DNA of 64,000 nt. Source: Vicugna vicugna (Eukaryota). The stretch spans positions 2,481,690-2,545,689 of the forward strand of contig MU058384.1 in NCBI GenBank assembly GCA_013265495.1, read 5' to 3'. The position numbers and the translations under genes are program-made. Below are positions 1 through 14,100 of this stretch, piece by piece. The notes under the pieces were generated by a model. That model worked only from the letters and a program-made list of their open reading frames with translations, did not search any database and was not told the DNA's origin. Position 1 is the first letter of the stretch. Every line of letters begins with the position of its first letter.

Positions 1-264
1 AAACTACACATATTTAAAGTTTTGACATACAAGTAGGCATATAAGTAGATAGAAATGGGACCATCACCACAATCAAGAAAAATGGTGAACACACCCATCA
101 CCACAAAAAGTGAGCTAGGATTTAAATCCAGATCTGCGATTTCAGCGCCCCAGTTTTCTCTCCAACAGTGAGTGTATGGGGAATTGAGCCTTAGCTACAG
201 CGCCTTCCTCCTACCCAGTCTCTTAGGGGAGTTTTGAATTGCTGAGATAGAAAGAACATCTTTT

Positions 265-680
265 TCAACCCATCATCCATCAATAAAAAAGTGGATAAAT
301 AAATGTTGGAATGGAATGTATGCTTCAGTGAAATGGGTTAATTATAGGCTCACACAACAACATGGATGTGTCTTAGAAACATAATGGTAAGTAAATAACA
401 CTAGAAAGAGAATAGTAGCATTTTTATAAAGACAAAGCAAGTTAAATTTGTAATTTAGACATATTTATACACACACATAACAAAAAGTAAGGGAATGATT
501 AACATGAAATTCAGGAGAGTGGTTACCTCAGGGGAAGCAGGGAAGAGTATGGAGGGAGATGCAATTATTGGTAATCTTTTAAGTCGTGGGTTGAGTAGTG
601 GGTTCTTAAATATTCATTATGTTATGTTATGTACTTTGTATATATGATTTATTGTGATAAAAAGATCATTAAAAATAAGA
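265..680 (+). mobile_element. Old L1M (L1ME/MC-like) 3' fragment
   Basis: caacccatcatccatcaata...gtggataaataaatgttgg...catggatgtgtcttagaaacataatg...ttcaggagagtggttacctc resembles an L1 3' end. Confidence 0.6.
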
Positions 681-1949
681 AATTACATAATCACTTTGAA
701 GATTTATGTTCACTTCATATGTGATCATTTACGTCCAAAATATTTTAAAATTCAATGTGTGGTAAGAAAGTTTAGAGCCCTTGATGAAGAGGCTAGGTTG
801 TTGGTAATACACTGAATAGGAGAGAAGGAACAGGTGAAATTATTGAACAATGTGGATGTAAAAACCACCCCCCCTGGTTCTTGTGGTGGTGGTGGTTGGG
901 TCCAGAGAGAAAAAAAGAATTAAGGAGAGAACAGAATTAAGTCAGGATCTCTCTTGTCTAAGTATATTAAAGGTAGAAGGAGTGCATAGTCAGAAAAGAC
1001 TGCGAAAGTTTTGGCACCTTATGAAACTTATCTAGAATCTTTAAAAAACAAGAGTCAACCCATGAGAGACTTAATTCTGGAGAGAAAAACACCACAGACT
1101 AAGTAAGTGTCCTGTAAAAAGCACTGGAATGTAGGGGGATTTCCTTGTGAATGGTGCTCTATATAGTTTCACCTGTTCTGTATCTGTTTTTATGAAATAA
1201 TTGGTAAATGAATGCCAAGTTTAGCTCTGGCTGTAATTAGGTTTTCTAATTTTTGAAAGCATAGCAAATTTTTAAACACAGCCTGAGCAAATGTATTTCA
1301 CAGTTAAGCCCACTTTTTGGTAACTTGGCTGTCTGCCAAAGAGACCATGTTTCAGGCCCCGCAGTCCATCTGGTGGGAGCTTGTCTGATTTCCAGACAGG
1401 ACCTAGTAGTGTCTGAAATGCAGGTCTTCTAGCATCCAAAATCCACAAGACAACTGCTGGTGTGGCAGGTGATCTCTCTTTCTACATTAAATGATTGGAC
1501 ACAAGGAATCGTGGTCTCTTAAGTCGCATTTGTGACTGTCCATTCCTTCCAGGACAAGCATATGGGGTGTTAATGAACACTCTTGACCAGTTTACAGGTT
1601 TAAAAACTACAGTGAAGTTCTGAAAGCAAGGCAACTTTAAACTCAGTATTTGAAAAAAATAATTCACCCTATATTAAGAGATCCATTAACATAATACTAT
1701 TTAAGTTAGGGTTAGCTTGAGTTGCTCAAAATGTCCAGCTGGTAAATGACAGAACCAGGATGCTGACACTTCTTGTTTTTTACTCCAGAGTATACTGTTC
1801 CATCCACTACACCACATTGATGACTTTATTGTAGATTTTCTAAAGGTTTTGCTCTTACTTAGAGATATAAATGGAGATTTTGTTTTCAGTTTGGAAAACT
1901 TAGTAACTTATTGGAGATATTGCCAAGTTGTTATTTTATACCATTTAAC

Positions 1950-2135
1950 GGCAGAGGCTTTGGGGTCAGCTGTGGGTTCTAATCCCAGTTGCCCACTTGT
2001 GAACTTTCTGAAAGAAAAGTTGCTTTACTCCGTTTCCTTATTTATGAAATGAAGCTAATGTGAAGATTAAATGAGGTACCAATTCCTATAAAGCTTGTGA
2101 CCCAGGGCAAGGCACTGAGCAATCAGTTACTAAAT
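1950..2135 (+). mobile_element. MIR SINE fragment
   Basis: gggttctaatcccagttgcccactt...gtttccttatttatgaaatg...gaagattaaatgag matches the MIR core. An opposite-strand MIR piece lies at about 1690-1820. Confidence 0.6.
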
Positions 2136-2194
2136 GGTGACCCCTTTTTAGCTAAAATTATGAAATAGCTTGCTATGTAGTTCTCATTTAAAGC

Positions 2195-2765
2195 CTCCTG
2201 GAACTTACATTCTGATGGGAGAGAAAACAAGATAAATAACTAAAATATATATACTAGTTATATATACTAAATAGGAAAAAGAAAGTAGAGAAGGGAATAT
2301 AAAATATTTGGGAGGAGTTGAAATTTTAGGTAGGGTGAACAGGTGAGGCCTCAACAAGAGGACTCTTGACTAAACACCTGAAGAATAAGAAAGTGCTATC
2401 TGTGACGATGTCTAAGGGAAGAGCATTTCAGGTGGTGGGAACAGCAAGTGCAAAGGCCCTGAGGCAGGAGTGTGCATGGTTTGTACAAGGGACTGGATGG
2501 AGAATGGTGTGCCTGGAGTAGAATAAATAAGGAATAGAATGATAGGTGATGAGGTCAGAGATAGCAGTGGGCATTCATAGGTCGTGTAGGGTCTTGTAAG
2601 TCATGGTAGGGGTGCAGAGGAGTAACATGATCTGACTTGTATTTTAAAAGAATTCCTCTGGCTTCTTTGTTGAACAATAGACTATTAATGGGGGGAGGGA
2701 AGGGTAGACAACAAGGTCAGAAGCATGGAGACCAGTTAAGAGGCTAACATAAAAATCCAGAGCAT
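2195..2765 (-). mobile_element. L2 LINE fragment
   Basis: gggaagagcatttcaggtggtgggaacagcaagtgcaaaggccctgaggcaggagtgtgc...gaggagtaacatgatctgactt is a characteristic L2 antisense signature. Confidence 0.75.
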
Positions 2766-5647
2766 TGGAATATCAATCTTAATGGAGTAATTTTGATATG
2801 TTCTGCCACTGAGATGCACGAGGTTATTCCCTCTGCCCCGGCTGTATTTATAAATACTGAGAGGGATGGAAGTCAGATCATTCTGGGTCATACCATCCTG
2901 TACTTTAAAACAAAATTTTAGCAGATTGTGGCACTGTATAACAGTCCCATTTGCATATAACTTTATCTGTGCCCTGCTTGTCTGAGAAATTGTCTTGCAA
3001 ATGAAGGGAGCACTTTATAAAATAGATTACCATTGTCAGTTGTCATACTGGAGTGGTCGCTGGTGATTGTCCCATGGCAACGAGGCTAAGCTGAAGCACT
3101 GTTTCATTGCGACAGTTATCGATTCTGACACTCCCAGTTAACTAGAAGCAAAGTAGGTTACGAGGGCTGATGAGCACCACTGAGATGGATACAGACCATA
3201 GAACAGTGCTTTGTCGTCTCCCTCTGCAGATGTCACATGGAAAAGGGAACCCTCCCTGAGGGTGTCGCCCTGCTATTTATTCTCCATCAAGCTGAAGCTT
3301 TACTTTTCTTTTAAACTTTTTTGGTTAGGAACTGTTTCGTATGGCCTTTGAAATTTGTGCTACATTTCAAGATTGCCTGAAAAATTATTTCTATGTGTAT
3401 ATATCGGGAATTGGAGTAACCTTCTAACTTACTAGGCTGAGATTCAACTTCAGGCATGTGACCTTGACACATACTGTCATGAAATTCTCAAATAAAATAA
3501 ATCTTAATTTGTGTGTGTGTGTATCTTCAACATGAGGGTAGATAATATGTATTATAAATCAAGTCTCATGCAAGTGTTACAACTGCAGAAGGGGTAGAAA
3601 TAATTGATTTACATCAGTATGGCTTAGCAGCTGTTGCTGACTCAAAAATTCCTTTGCTTGTCCTTCAGGGATCTATAGGGATTGTGACCACTTTAACCAG
3701 TGTCAGATCAAACATGAATGGATACAATGCAATTTAGGATCATAATAGGGTGTCAGTAGCATATGCTTCTTCTGAATTGAGTCTATTTATTTGTCAGTTT
3801 AATTACAAACATTTCACATTTTCCTTAGGTGGCAGTGAAACTAGATTACCATTTTACACATTTTATGTGCTAATAATATAAAGTCTAAAATATTGAGATA
3901 TCTAATTATATGATTTATTTTATGTTTTTATTTCTGCAGTGCTTTTATTTTTGTTAATCTTCTTGCAATAAAAGAAAAAAAATGGGTACTTGGCAATTCA
4001 CAATTCTGTTTTCCTGAAATCGCATTTTATGTGATCAACACTTTCACATCGGTGACGTTTAATAGTTGTAGACATTTTGACAACTGTCATCTCATTAAGT
4101 TCAAGAGTAGGATGTGGAAGGTAGGGAGTATAGCCCCATTTTACAGCTAAGGAAACACCAATGTTCAGGAATAGGCTCCAAGGTCATGTAACTGTCAAGT
4201 ATATAGTGAATAGACTCAGGCCTTTGGACTGAGCTTCAGACCCCATCCTCACACCAAAACCATTTTCATTAGCTCTTGTATAGCCATTTAAAAAATATTG
4301 TTTTTTATTTTGGTGGAGTGCTAGTAGTTGTACAATAAATGCAGATATTTTGCAGGAAGGTTAATTCAATAGCAGTAAACAGTGATGAAAGTGTTTGAGA
4401 TATCTTACTGGTGCATTTCTGTAGATGTCTTACTAATGTCCTTTTAGAAACTTGCACTAAATCCAGGAAGACATTGACACCTGTTTTTTAGCGATAGATA
4501 AATCTTCACAAGCATAATGTTGAATGAAAGAAGTAAAAGAGAAAATACAGTATGATGTCCCTTAGAGGAAATCCAAATACAGACAAATGAAGTTGTGATG
4601 TTAGAAGTCAGGGCAGCAGTTACCCTTTTGAGCGGTGTGTGGTTGGGGGTTGTTGAACTAACCTGGGTGCTAATTATACAGGTATCCTCTTCAGAAGGTT
4701 TATTGACTTTTCATTCTCAAGTTAAACTTGTCTTAAACACCTTAGGTGGTAGTTTAAATGCTTTTGACTTGAAGAGCAATTCTTCTGTGTTTATTATAAA
4801 CTGTCATTTCCCAACAAAAGTCATTTAGCCTTTTTTGTTGTTTTTCCTGAAACCAGTGGATTTCTTTTGATTTCTTGGAGTTTTCCTCATCATAGAACCA
4901 GCTGCCGTAAAGCCATGGTGAAGTTCATCATAAAATGCTTGCCCAAACAACCTTCTTCCTTGCACTGTTTAAGATGGTATGGGAAGAAAAGAATTGAAGA
5001 GGGCTCCCCAGTTAGGATGTTAATCTGTATCAAAACAGACACTGCTAGAAATGTTTTCATGGGATTCTGATAAGGTTCGGAGCAGCGCTTCAGTCAGCTT
5101 CTCATAATTTAACAATTTCACACTGATTTTTTTTTCCATATAAATAGTTTCAGAAGAGCACGAATAGTTGAACAACAATAGCTCTGTCATTTTCAAAATG
5201 TTCCTTGAGGTCAGAGCCTAAAGGAAAGGAGATTGAAGCTGGAAATTACTTTGAGCGAAACTAAATCTTAATAAAAATAGAAACTGATGGCCAAACCCAT
5301 GGTGTTTCTCTGGGTGTCTAATATTAAACTAAATCCATAAGCTTTCTGATCATAGTAAATATAGAAGAAGGAAGAAGAACTTAGAAGATTTTTGTGGGTC
5401 AGCAAAACCTTTAGCAGTCCTCATGGCTCAGAGACTAAGGCCTCTGTGAATCACATATATTACGGGTCACACTCAAGATGATGAGCAGTTAGTTCTCTTG
5501 CAAACCATTGCTTCTATTCCTAAAAGTGATCAATTTTTTTTGAACTTGCTTCAAATCATTTTAATTAAAAAAAAACCGAAACATATTTTTAAATGTTTCT
5601 GCCAGCATTTACATGCTATGACTTTCTCTTACTTTTTTCCCCTGCAG

Positions 5648-5840
5648 TGTTCTGTCTCTTCGTCGGAAGAGGAAAGACTTGTTTCCACCAGGAGACCTAA
5701 AACGCCAACCTCAAGTGACTTCTCTGACCTTAATACTCAGACCAACTGGACCAAGTCACTTCCCTTGCCAACACCAGAAGAGAAGATGCGACAGCAGGCC
5801 CAAACAGTCCAGGCTGATGTGGTTCCTATTAATATAACCG
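5648..5840 (+). CDS. NHSL1: NHS-like protein 1, internal coding exon (first visible in the window; upstream exons lie outside it)
   Basis: Acceptor ttttttcccctgcag|TGT and donor ACCG|gtatgc. 193 bp, phase 0 to 1. Encodes CSVSSSEEERLVSTRRPKTPTSSDFSDLNTQTNWTKSLPLPTPEEKMRQQAQTVQADVVPINIT, recognised as NHSL1. Confidence 0.95.
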
Positions 5841-8800
5841 GTATGCTTTGCTCTGCAGGCAGGTTCAAAATGTCCTGGGAGAGTGACTGTGGTTTTTTGT
5901 TATGTGCTCTTAGCATGTCGTTTATACATCAGAGGGAAATAGCTGTGGTCTGACTTCCTGTTCTTTGCTTAATGAAGGGAATACTGAAACATATATATGT
6001 GTGTGTGTGCATGTCAAATAGCTGTTGCTTTTAGATTAGAAGACTGCATCACCAAAGGGTGATGTCAATGGTCCAGCTATTCATCAGACGTGTCTCTTTT
6101 TTAATTGAATTGCCTTTTTGAAATATTTTGGCTGTATGGGAACATTCTCTAGATGTGATCTTGGATAAGAAAATATTAGGTTTTCCTTCTAAAAGGCTAT
6201 TTTAACTCATATTTATAGAAGAGAAGAAGTAACAGTTTTGTGATATTTCTGAATGACAGATTTTCTTACCTTCTTGTTTTCTCCAGTAGAAAAGGGGGGA
6301 AATTACTGGAAATAAAAATACCAAGTGAATTAATAATAACTGTAAATATATCTTTTTTAAAATGTGATAGGGCAGTAAAATTACATCTTAATCTCCATAA
6401 ATTGAATTCTGCAAGTATCAAATAATAGTCCGTTCCTTCTGAGTATAAAAATTTTAGAACATGTTACATTAAGCTGGAATATGATTACTAATTGCCCAAT
6501 GTGAAACTCAGGTTCTTTCAGAATATTATATTCAGAATATTATATTTATGATAATTAAAGCTCAAAGACAATATTTCACAAACTTAGAAGAGCTGTTGAG
6601 AGAGCAAAAATGTTCTGCTTCCATAGCCTGCAGAGAAGATAGGTCAGTGGTTCGGGGAGTGTACAAAATGCAAAACAGATGTGTAGAGAGTTAATAGTTT
6701 CCGCCATTAGACTGTGTGTTCAAGAGAAATAGATGATGACAGTTATAACTGATAATCAGTCCATACAAAGCATGGCCTATAGGGCTGAAACCAAAAAAAA
6801 AAAATCAGATGATCAGTAAAAATAAGTTTTCATAAAAAATTAGGATGAAAACCCACAGCACCTTTGCTATGTTTCTTAGGCTATTGCTCTTGGCTGCTAT
6901 TTAGAATGCTTTCTGCCATGGCACTGGGGAACTTGTAAGGGACTAAAAACATTTGCGTAGTTATTGAAGACTTTTTAAAAACCTTACGGGATATTTGAAA
7001 ATTACACTTAAAACTCTATTTTGAATTCCTGAAGAAATTTAATAAGTATGTACATGAATTATTTTAAATTCCATGTACATTTTCCCCACATTTCTGATAA
7101 TTAAGCCTTAAAGAAATAGCATGGCATTTTATTCTATTTTCTTTGCAAATAACACTGTTGATTTTTCTGAATGTGATTCTCATTTTTTTTTAAAGATTAT
7201 TTTTCTAAGTAGCTGTGTTACAGAATAAAGTTTAAGACTTAATGCTCAGTGAACTACAGGGGTGCATATTTTCTGCAAGAAAATGCATTAGATGACTTGA
7301 TTGATTAAATGCAGTAGAAATGTAATTACATTATATATGATTAAATGCCTCCGAAATAATATTGTAAGATAAGAAGATCATGCTATGAAATGTGACAGTC
7401 TTTAATGGAATTAGGGTAAAATGCCTTATCATGAGATTAGGCAATTTAAAGCAGAGTAACTAGAGCTTTAGGAATAAAGAATAATTTGCAGTGAAATTCA
7501 TTGTCACAACAGCAGACAGCGTCAGTCTCTTTGAGCTTCATTCTCTCCTGTTTGATGACTAAGTGGATATGAATTACATGGAGTTTAAAAGGAGATCTTG
7601 AAAATGCCACACAGAGAGGGTGAATGACAATAAAGAAATGAGCAATATAAGTTATGATAAAGTGCAATTTACTTTTAATTGAGTGATTAACATTTTCAGA
7701 CATGTAGAAAGCAAATCTAATACCTAACTACATATTTATTGATCCATTTTCTGGATCTGTGTGTTGACATATACACACATATATTTCATAAAGAAGTACT
7801 TTTTCTAATATTCTAGTATAAAGAGGCATTAAATTAAAATGTTTACTTTTAGTGGTTGAATTGACACAGGTTATACCATTTCCTGCTCTTTAAATGACAC
7901 GTTTCTAAAGCCCTAGAAGACCTTTCGACATAACAGCACAGCTTCCTATAGGGCATTGTCATGTGCTCATGTATTTGAATGAACACTGGTCCTCTGTTTG
8001 GTTTTCAGTACAGTTCGGCAGGGGGAAGAATTATGATTAATATATTATTTCAAGTCCAGAGAAATGCTCACCAGGCGTAGAGGTAGAACATTAGCACAAT
8101 GAGCCGCTGGCTTGAAAATGGAGTTTAATCCCTTTAGTCATAGTCCTGTGGGGACTTACCATGTTCTCAGAGTTGGAGAGGAAAAAACATTTAATATAAA
8201 ATGTAAATATGAGTCTATTCTATAATCTGTCATGTGGGATAACAACTCTTCCACCTGGGAGATAAATAGAAAGGGTAAACATACTTAAACAGTTCTTACA
8301 GACTGCCTTTGTACTGATGTTTGAGCTAGCTAAATGGATTTCTTAGTAGTAACCATGACTGACTAATGCCACTTTTCAATGCAGGGGAATAATTCAGTTC
8401 CTCTCAATTCAATAGATATTTACTGAATAACTGCTCTGTGTCAAGCATTGAGCTGCATGCCGCAGGTGACACTAAGGTACATGATCATGATCCCTACCCT
8501 CCAAAAACGTATAGTCCGACAGGGGTGACAGTCCTTCTAGGTCACAGTGCAGGATGGAAAGTTTGGCACCACTAGTGGTGTGTTTCTTAGTTGTCTGTCC
8601 TCATGGTTGTTTCTTAATTTCCTTGGAGGTTGGGTGGTTTACCTTTTGTTTTTGTTTAGGAAGCAAAACTGAAGACTAAATGCAACTGTCTGTTAATATT
8701 TTGTCCATTCTTGATGGCTTGATACAAGAAAATGTTTCTCCTCTGCTACAGGGAACTAACAGACCACTGAAGTCCTGACTTGCCCCTTACAAGAGCCATG

Positions 8801-10071
8801 TATGCTGTTGTACATGGTGACCCCTTTATCACAGTGATGGTACCTTCTGGTGTTTCAGTGTCTTCTCTAAATCATTTCTGTTTTTCTCCATTAGGAACAA
8901 AGTTGCAAGCATTTAAAAGCTGGCAAGCATTTATTTAAGTTTGTTGCTTTGTAGGTGAAATGTGTTTTGATCATTCAGCACTTTTCTCCTGTTTTTGGTT
9001 AGAGCCTTATCGGTTCTAGCCACAATTTTCCCTATTAAAATAGAAGATACACTGTTCACAATATACCCACTTTGAATGTGTGTCAATATTGCTAAAAAGA
9101 ATAAATAATTTTTATACTTTTCTTACAACATAAAAGTATGTATTTGTGTGTATGTATGTATTTTTAAAATCTCTTTTGGAGGAGAAGAACCATTTAACAA
9201 GGTCGATGCTATAAAACGTTCTTTAACTAAACTGGCAAGTAATTTAAAGCAGACCAGTCAATAACCAATACGTTATTATTTTATGGTTTCTTATGGTGTG
9301 TTAATCACACAGCTTATATGTTAGAAAGAAAAAGCCCTGTGGATGTGGTATTCTCGGTTTGATTGCAACATTACCTGAAATGTCTGAATTCAGATCAGCT
9401 TTAAAAAGTGATTACAAAGCAACGAGAAGCAGTTCAGCTTTAACAACAGCAGTGCTACTGGGTCTCATTGTAATAAAAGTACTTTATCATTATAAGGCTT
9501 TTCCTTTTTCATGATTGTTGTATCTCACACCATAGCAACTACCACAGTCTATCCAAATTATCAGCCTCCTTGACTGAAGAAAGCTCTTCATGCAAGAATT
9601 CTTGATTATTTGCTTCATCCCGTAGGACAAGGCATTTCATCTCTGGAGATGACCAGATGAATCAAATATATTCACTGACGGCACCGCATACACGCTGATA
9701 CAAAGCGTGATTTTGGTGACCAGAAGACCTTTGTGAAACATTTCCAAAAGGATCCATTTCTAAATTACATAAAATCACTCTCCCAGCGTGTTAGTCACCA
9801 GTTTGCATTTGCCACTCCAGCTCATTTGAAAATGAGCTCCAGGTGCTTCCTTTGGAAGGACACACACACAGAGAAATTGGAAAACAGCCTTATGACGATA
9901 ATGTGCTTTCCTTCCTTTTTTGCCCTTCAGCATTCATTCATCATCGTTTGACTGGCTAACATCATTATTAATACCTTCTTATCATTTTACAACGAGCTGC
10001 TGGAAGAAAGTGCATGGTGTCAGCTTGCTTGAGAATAACATTGCTTTGCTTGTTCTGCTACTCTACATTAG

Positions 10072-10203
10072 GGGAGAATTTCGATCGCCAGGCCAGCCTT
10101 CGGCGGTCTCTAATTTACACAGACACTCTGGTAAGACGACCGAAGAAAGTCAAAAGGAGAAAGACTATTACAGGAGTCCCTGACAGCATACAGAAGGAGC
10201 TAG
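10072..10203 (+). CDS. NHSL1: NHS-like protein 1, internal coding exon
   Basis: Acceptor ctacattag|GG and donor CTAG|gtatgg. 132 bp, phase 1 to 1. Encodes GENFDRQASLRRSLIYTDTLVRRPKKVKRRKTITGVPDSIQKEL, an NHS-family conserved block. Confidence 0.95.
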
Positions 10204-10924
10204 GTATGGCTCATCAGAACTGTATTCTGTTGCCCTTCGTTGCTACTCACCAGTACTACGCTAACCTCATCGGTGGTGCTTATAAAATCGATACATTCTG
10301 ATAGCCTTTCGGTGCCCCAGAGGGCCAGCTTCTTTCCTGAATGTGGCATCGGGTACAGATCTTAACACCCCAAGCAGACGATGTATTGAATTTGGATGGG
10401 AAGAGTGTATATGAAAACTATCAACAGGGATGGTAGAAATTTACAATTATGTCATCATCTCTGTGTACCTTGCACAGTGGGCATCTCCACAATTAAATTT
10501 ACAGTTTAAGATTTCTTAAAACCGAAAGCTCATTCTAGGACTTCAGATTATAAATGTGCACTTCGTTAGTTATACGGACAATACTGATGGCATTTTGTCA
10601 TCGAAGAGACAGCAATGGAGCATAGCTAGTAAATACCAGGACAGCAGGAAATAGTGATCAGTGTTGGATAGCGCCTCAGTGGTACTTCCGGTGAAACTAG
10701 TCCACAGCTTTTTGATTCAGTATTTTGCAACCTGTGATAAAAACAGAAAACAACCAAAAAATTTCTTTTGGCTGGTGGAGAGGGTTATTTACTTCATTAT
10801 TCACACATCCATTTTGTTTCTGCCTATCTTTATATATGCTTTTGATGATCCTTTCTTTCTTCTCTGTCTACATTCACTTCCTCTCCCTGTTTCTTCATGG
10901 CCTATCAGGAATGTCTGCCGAGGC

Positions 10925-11165
10925 CAAGAGCAGGGACTCTGGTGCCAAGCTGTCTAGATCTGAACCCTGGCTCTGCCACTTATGCCCTGGGTGGCCTCCT
11001 GCTGGTTTCTTCACCTCTCTGAGTCTCCTTTTTCATTCGAAAACCTGTGGCTGGTGATATTAATAGAACCTACCTCATAGGATTGTTTGGGGACTTAATA
11101 CATTTTTACAGGTGAAGCACTTGGTGCCTGGCACTACTATAAACATAATAGCTGCTGTTATAATT
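10925..11165 (+). mobile_element. MIR SINE
   Basis: gactctggtgccaagctg...ctggctctgccactta...cacctctctgagtctc...aatagaacctacctcataggattgtt...gtgcctggcac follows the MIR consensus. Confidence 0.75.
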
Positions 11166-14100
11166 ATTGTATTGAAATTAATAGTACGTCTCTCAAAACC
11201 TGCCTTTTTTCTCTTTGGCCAACCTGTGGACTTAATTCCTTATAATTACTTCACCTGACCTTTTTAGTGTTTGCTGTTGAGGGCTATACTCTAGAAACTC
11301 AAAATCATTATTTCTAGATTTGCCTATTAGTCTCTTAGTCAGAATAAGTTTATCCTAGCAACAGTGATGTATCTGTTACAGCGCTTTGAGGTAGCATTTC
11401 AGTTTCCAGAAGCTACAGATATTGTTCCTATGTGGTTTTTTCCCCCCAGCATCCCTGCCTACATGCTCTGTATTAGGGAGGCAAGGCTCACTCTTCTTTA
11501 CCTAGCATTTTCTTTCTTACTACCATCCAGCCCTACAGTATGTGTTCTCTGCCTTCCAGACTGTAACAACAATGGGACAAGAATAGCGACACCTTTCCTC
11601 TGCTCTAGGTAGCTCCAGTGACCCAGATGACAGACAGGTGCTCATCATTTCCCGTGACATAGGGGTTTATTACAAACAAAAGCAAGATTACATCCACAGG
11701 GTTTATGAAGTTAGTCTTTCATTCATGCCCTCGCAGCTGCTTTTTTTAGTGGACCAGGCTTCTATATCCTGTATTCCATTCTTTCAGACTCTTTTTTTTT
11801 TTCTCTCTCTCTCCTTTAGGTGACAGCTAACTAAGTTGAGAAAAAATAATCTGTACTAGAACATTCAGTAGATGTTAATGGGCTAATTTCTTACATTACT
11901 CATATAACACTTATATTTTAACTGATCTTTTTAGGAGATGTGCCTTAACCTAAAAAAGTGACTTTAAAGGCAGCCCTTTGTAAGATAGCAAGGTTGATGT
12001 TTAAAACATTTAAGTGGCTTTCCAATCAAAATGGGTAGGTTTGGGATGGCTTTGTGCAAAGGGTCTAATAGCTTGACCTAGATAAAAATAGACATACACA
12101 TAAGTATTAAATATGAATTATCTATCTGTCTGTATGTAATATGACTTCTAGAACCTCAGAATTAGGAACTTTTACCACTTTTATGACCGAACCCAACCAG
12201 TATGGTGCCAGTAACTCAGTTGCCTCTTTGGCCTTACTGGAATGCTCAGACCAGCTAGGTGAATCATATCTTCTGTAATTTTAATATTTTTAAAACCAGT
12301 GGTAGAGTCTCTGGGCCCACATTCATTTCTCTTTCGCCCGTAACAGAGGAAAGTCGCTTTCCCCATGTCGTCTGTGTTGGGAGGGTTGCCAGATGGGAGA
12401 CCACTGATGTCACTGCACAGTCGGTGACACGACCTGGGTCACCACTGGAGGTCAACGGAGACACAGCCAAGTTACTATCCAAGTTAGACACAGCCAACTA
12501 ACATCTGTAGCAATCCAAGTGGCTGTAACTAACAGCTATCTAAGTTGTTTTGTTTTGGTTTTTTCACAGACAATTAGACAACCACTCTAGTTTCACAGAT
12601 GGGCTAGTGGGAAGGACTAGTGCATAGAGTAAGGGAAAGTAATATTTGAATACAGTAACACTTAGCAAAAAAAATTGGATCATATCTTTTCTTCCTTTGT
12701 TCACTTGGGCAGGGCTTGACCTTGCCCTTTCTCCTGATATTTTATGCTTATATATAAGGTGTCTGATTTGAAAGCTCTGTACAACCTAACGAAGGATGAT
12801 CAAAAACAGACCTTCATATTTTCCTTAAAAATTAGTCTTTAGATTTAAAGCATAGGGGAGGATGGCTGTGTCAGACAAATTCGATTTTAAACAATATGAT
12901 TATATGAAAGATATTCACTAGGAAAGATGCAACCTGTCCACTGAACACTGCCCAAGGTGCTGGGGCTTTGGATTTGGATTTTTAAAATCTAGCCAAGGAT
13001 GCTTCCAGAATTAGACAGTTAATTGTGCTTAATTATATGCAGCTTTTACTTCAAAAATCTGTGGTGGACTCCAGAGACTAGTCAATATATAATTTTTTAA
13101 AATCAAGGTATGATATTTTCTGTTTAAAGCATATTTACGGCTTATGATTTATTGCCTTCCATTTAAATAAATCAGGCAAAATTTCTGAATTTTACTTTAC
13201 TCTCCTCTTAAGTGTACGTAGCAATGTATTTGAACAACCTGTTACGAGGTTTCATCTTTTAGAATCCTATCTTTTAGATGGGATTATTTTGTTGGTATAT
13301 AATTATGTTTGGCTACTGAGAGTTTAGATGCTTGGAACTTATTCTAGTATGTACTCCCCAAGCAAAAAAGGCCTTATTTGAAGGAATTCCCTTCTGAATA
13401 ATTTTTGCTGGTTTGTACTAAGAACGCTACTTTAGACCTGACAAGACATTTAAAACATTCACACACTAAACTTTAAATCAAGCTAACTTGTAGGTGTTTC
13501 TATCCTTTTTGATTACAATGTATCTTTTTAACTGGACATCCCTTATAGTATTACATAATAAGTAAAAGAAAAAATATGTAATTATCTTAAAATCAGGTAA
13601 ATCCCATCAAGGTTTTTAACAGCGACCTGAGTAGTCTATATTTGTTAGTAATTCCATTTTTGCAATTTTTGTTATTTAATCAGGATAGCATTTATCTCTG
13701 TCCTGTAATATTGTCACACTTTTTGTGCTATGAAAATATTGGAGGATCTGTTTTGGGAACAGAACTTTGATGATGGTCCCGACAATAAATAATACATGAG
13801 TTTTTTTAATGTATTTTTAAGGTCTTTCGAAAAACATTGCTATTTTAATAAGAAAGTTGTATTGGGCGAAGAAATGGCTGATGAAGAAATGGCTGTAGTC
13901 CCATTTTCAGAAGCCTAGAATGGTTTCACATGCAAAATTGTTACCTAAGAGACTCATGACTTTGTTTATGGCCCTTAAAGACATTTAATAATCTACCACT
14001 GACCCCATGTACAAATTGCTATAATTTTGAAAGAAAAAGATATCAAAATCTATCTCCAATGGAATAAGATATCTTGAATGTTTGGAATTGAACTGCTGCA

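Noticed and set aside
6517..6544. 14-bp tandem duplication ttcagaatattata x2 (a similar 15-bp period repeat lies at about 13868)
   Set aside because: Ordinary slippage micro-duplications with no sign of function.
12264..12497. Minus-strand ORF starting AVSNLD, like a motif in the NHS-family N-terminal domain
   Set aside because: It is on the wrong strand and the similarity stops after six residues. Judged coincidental.
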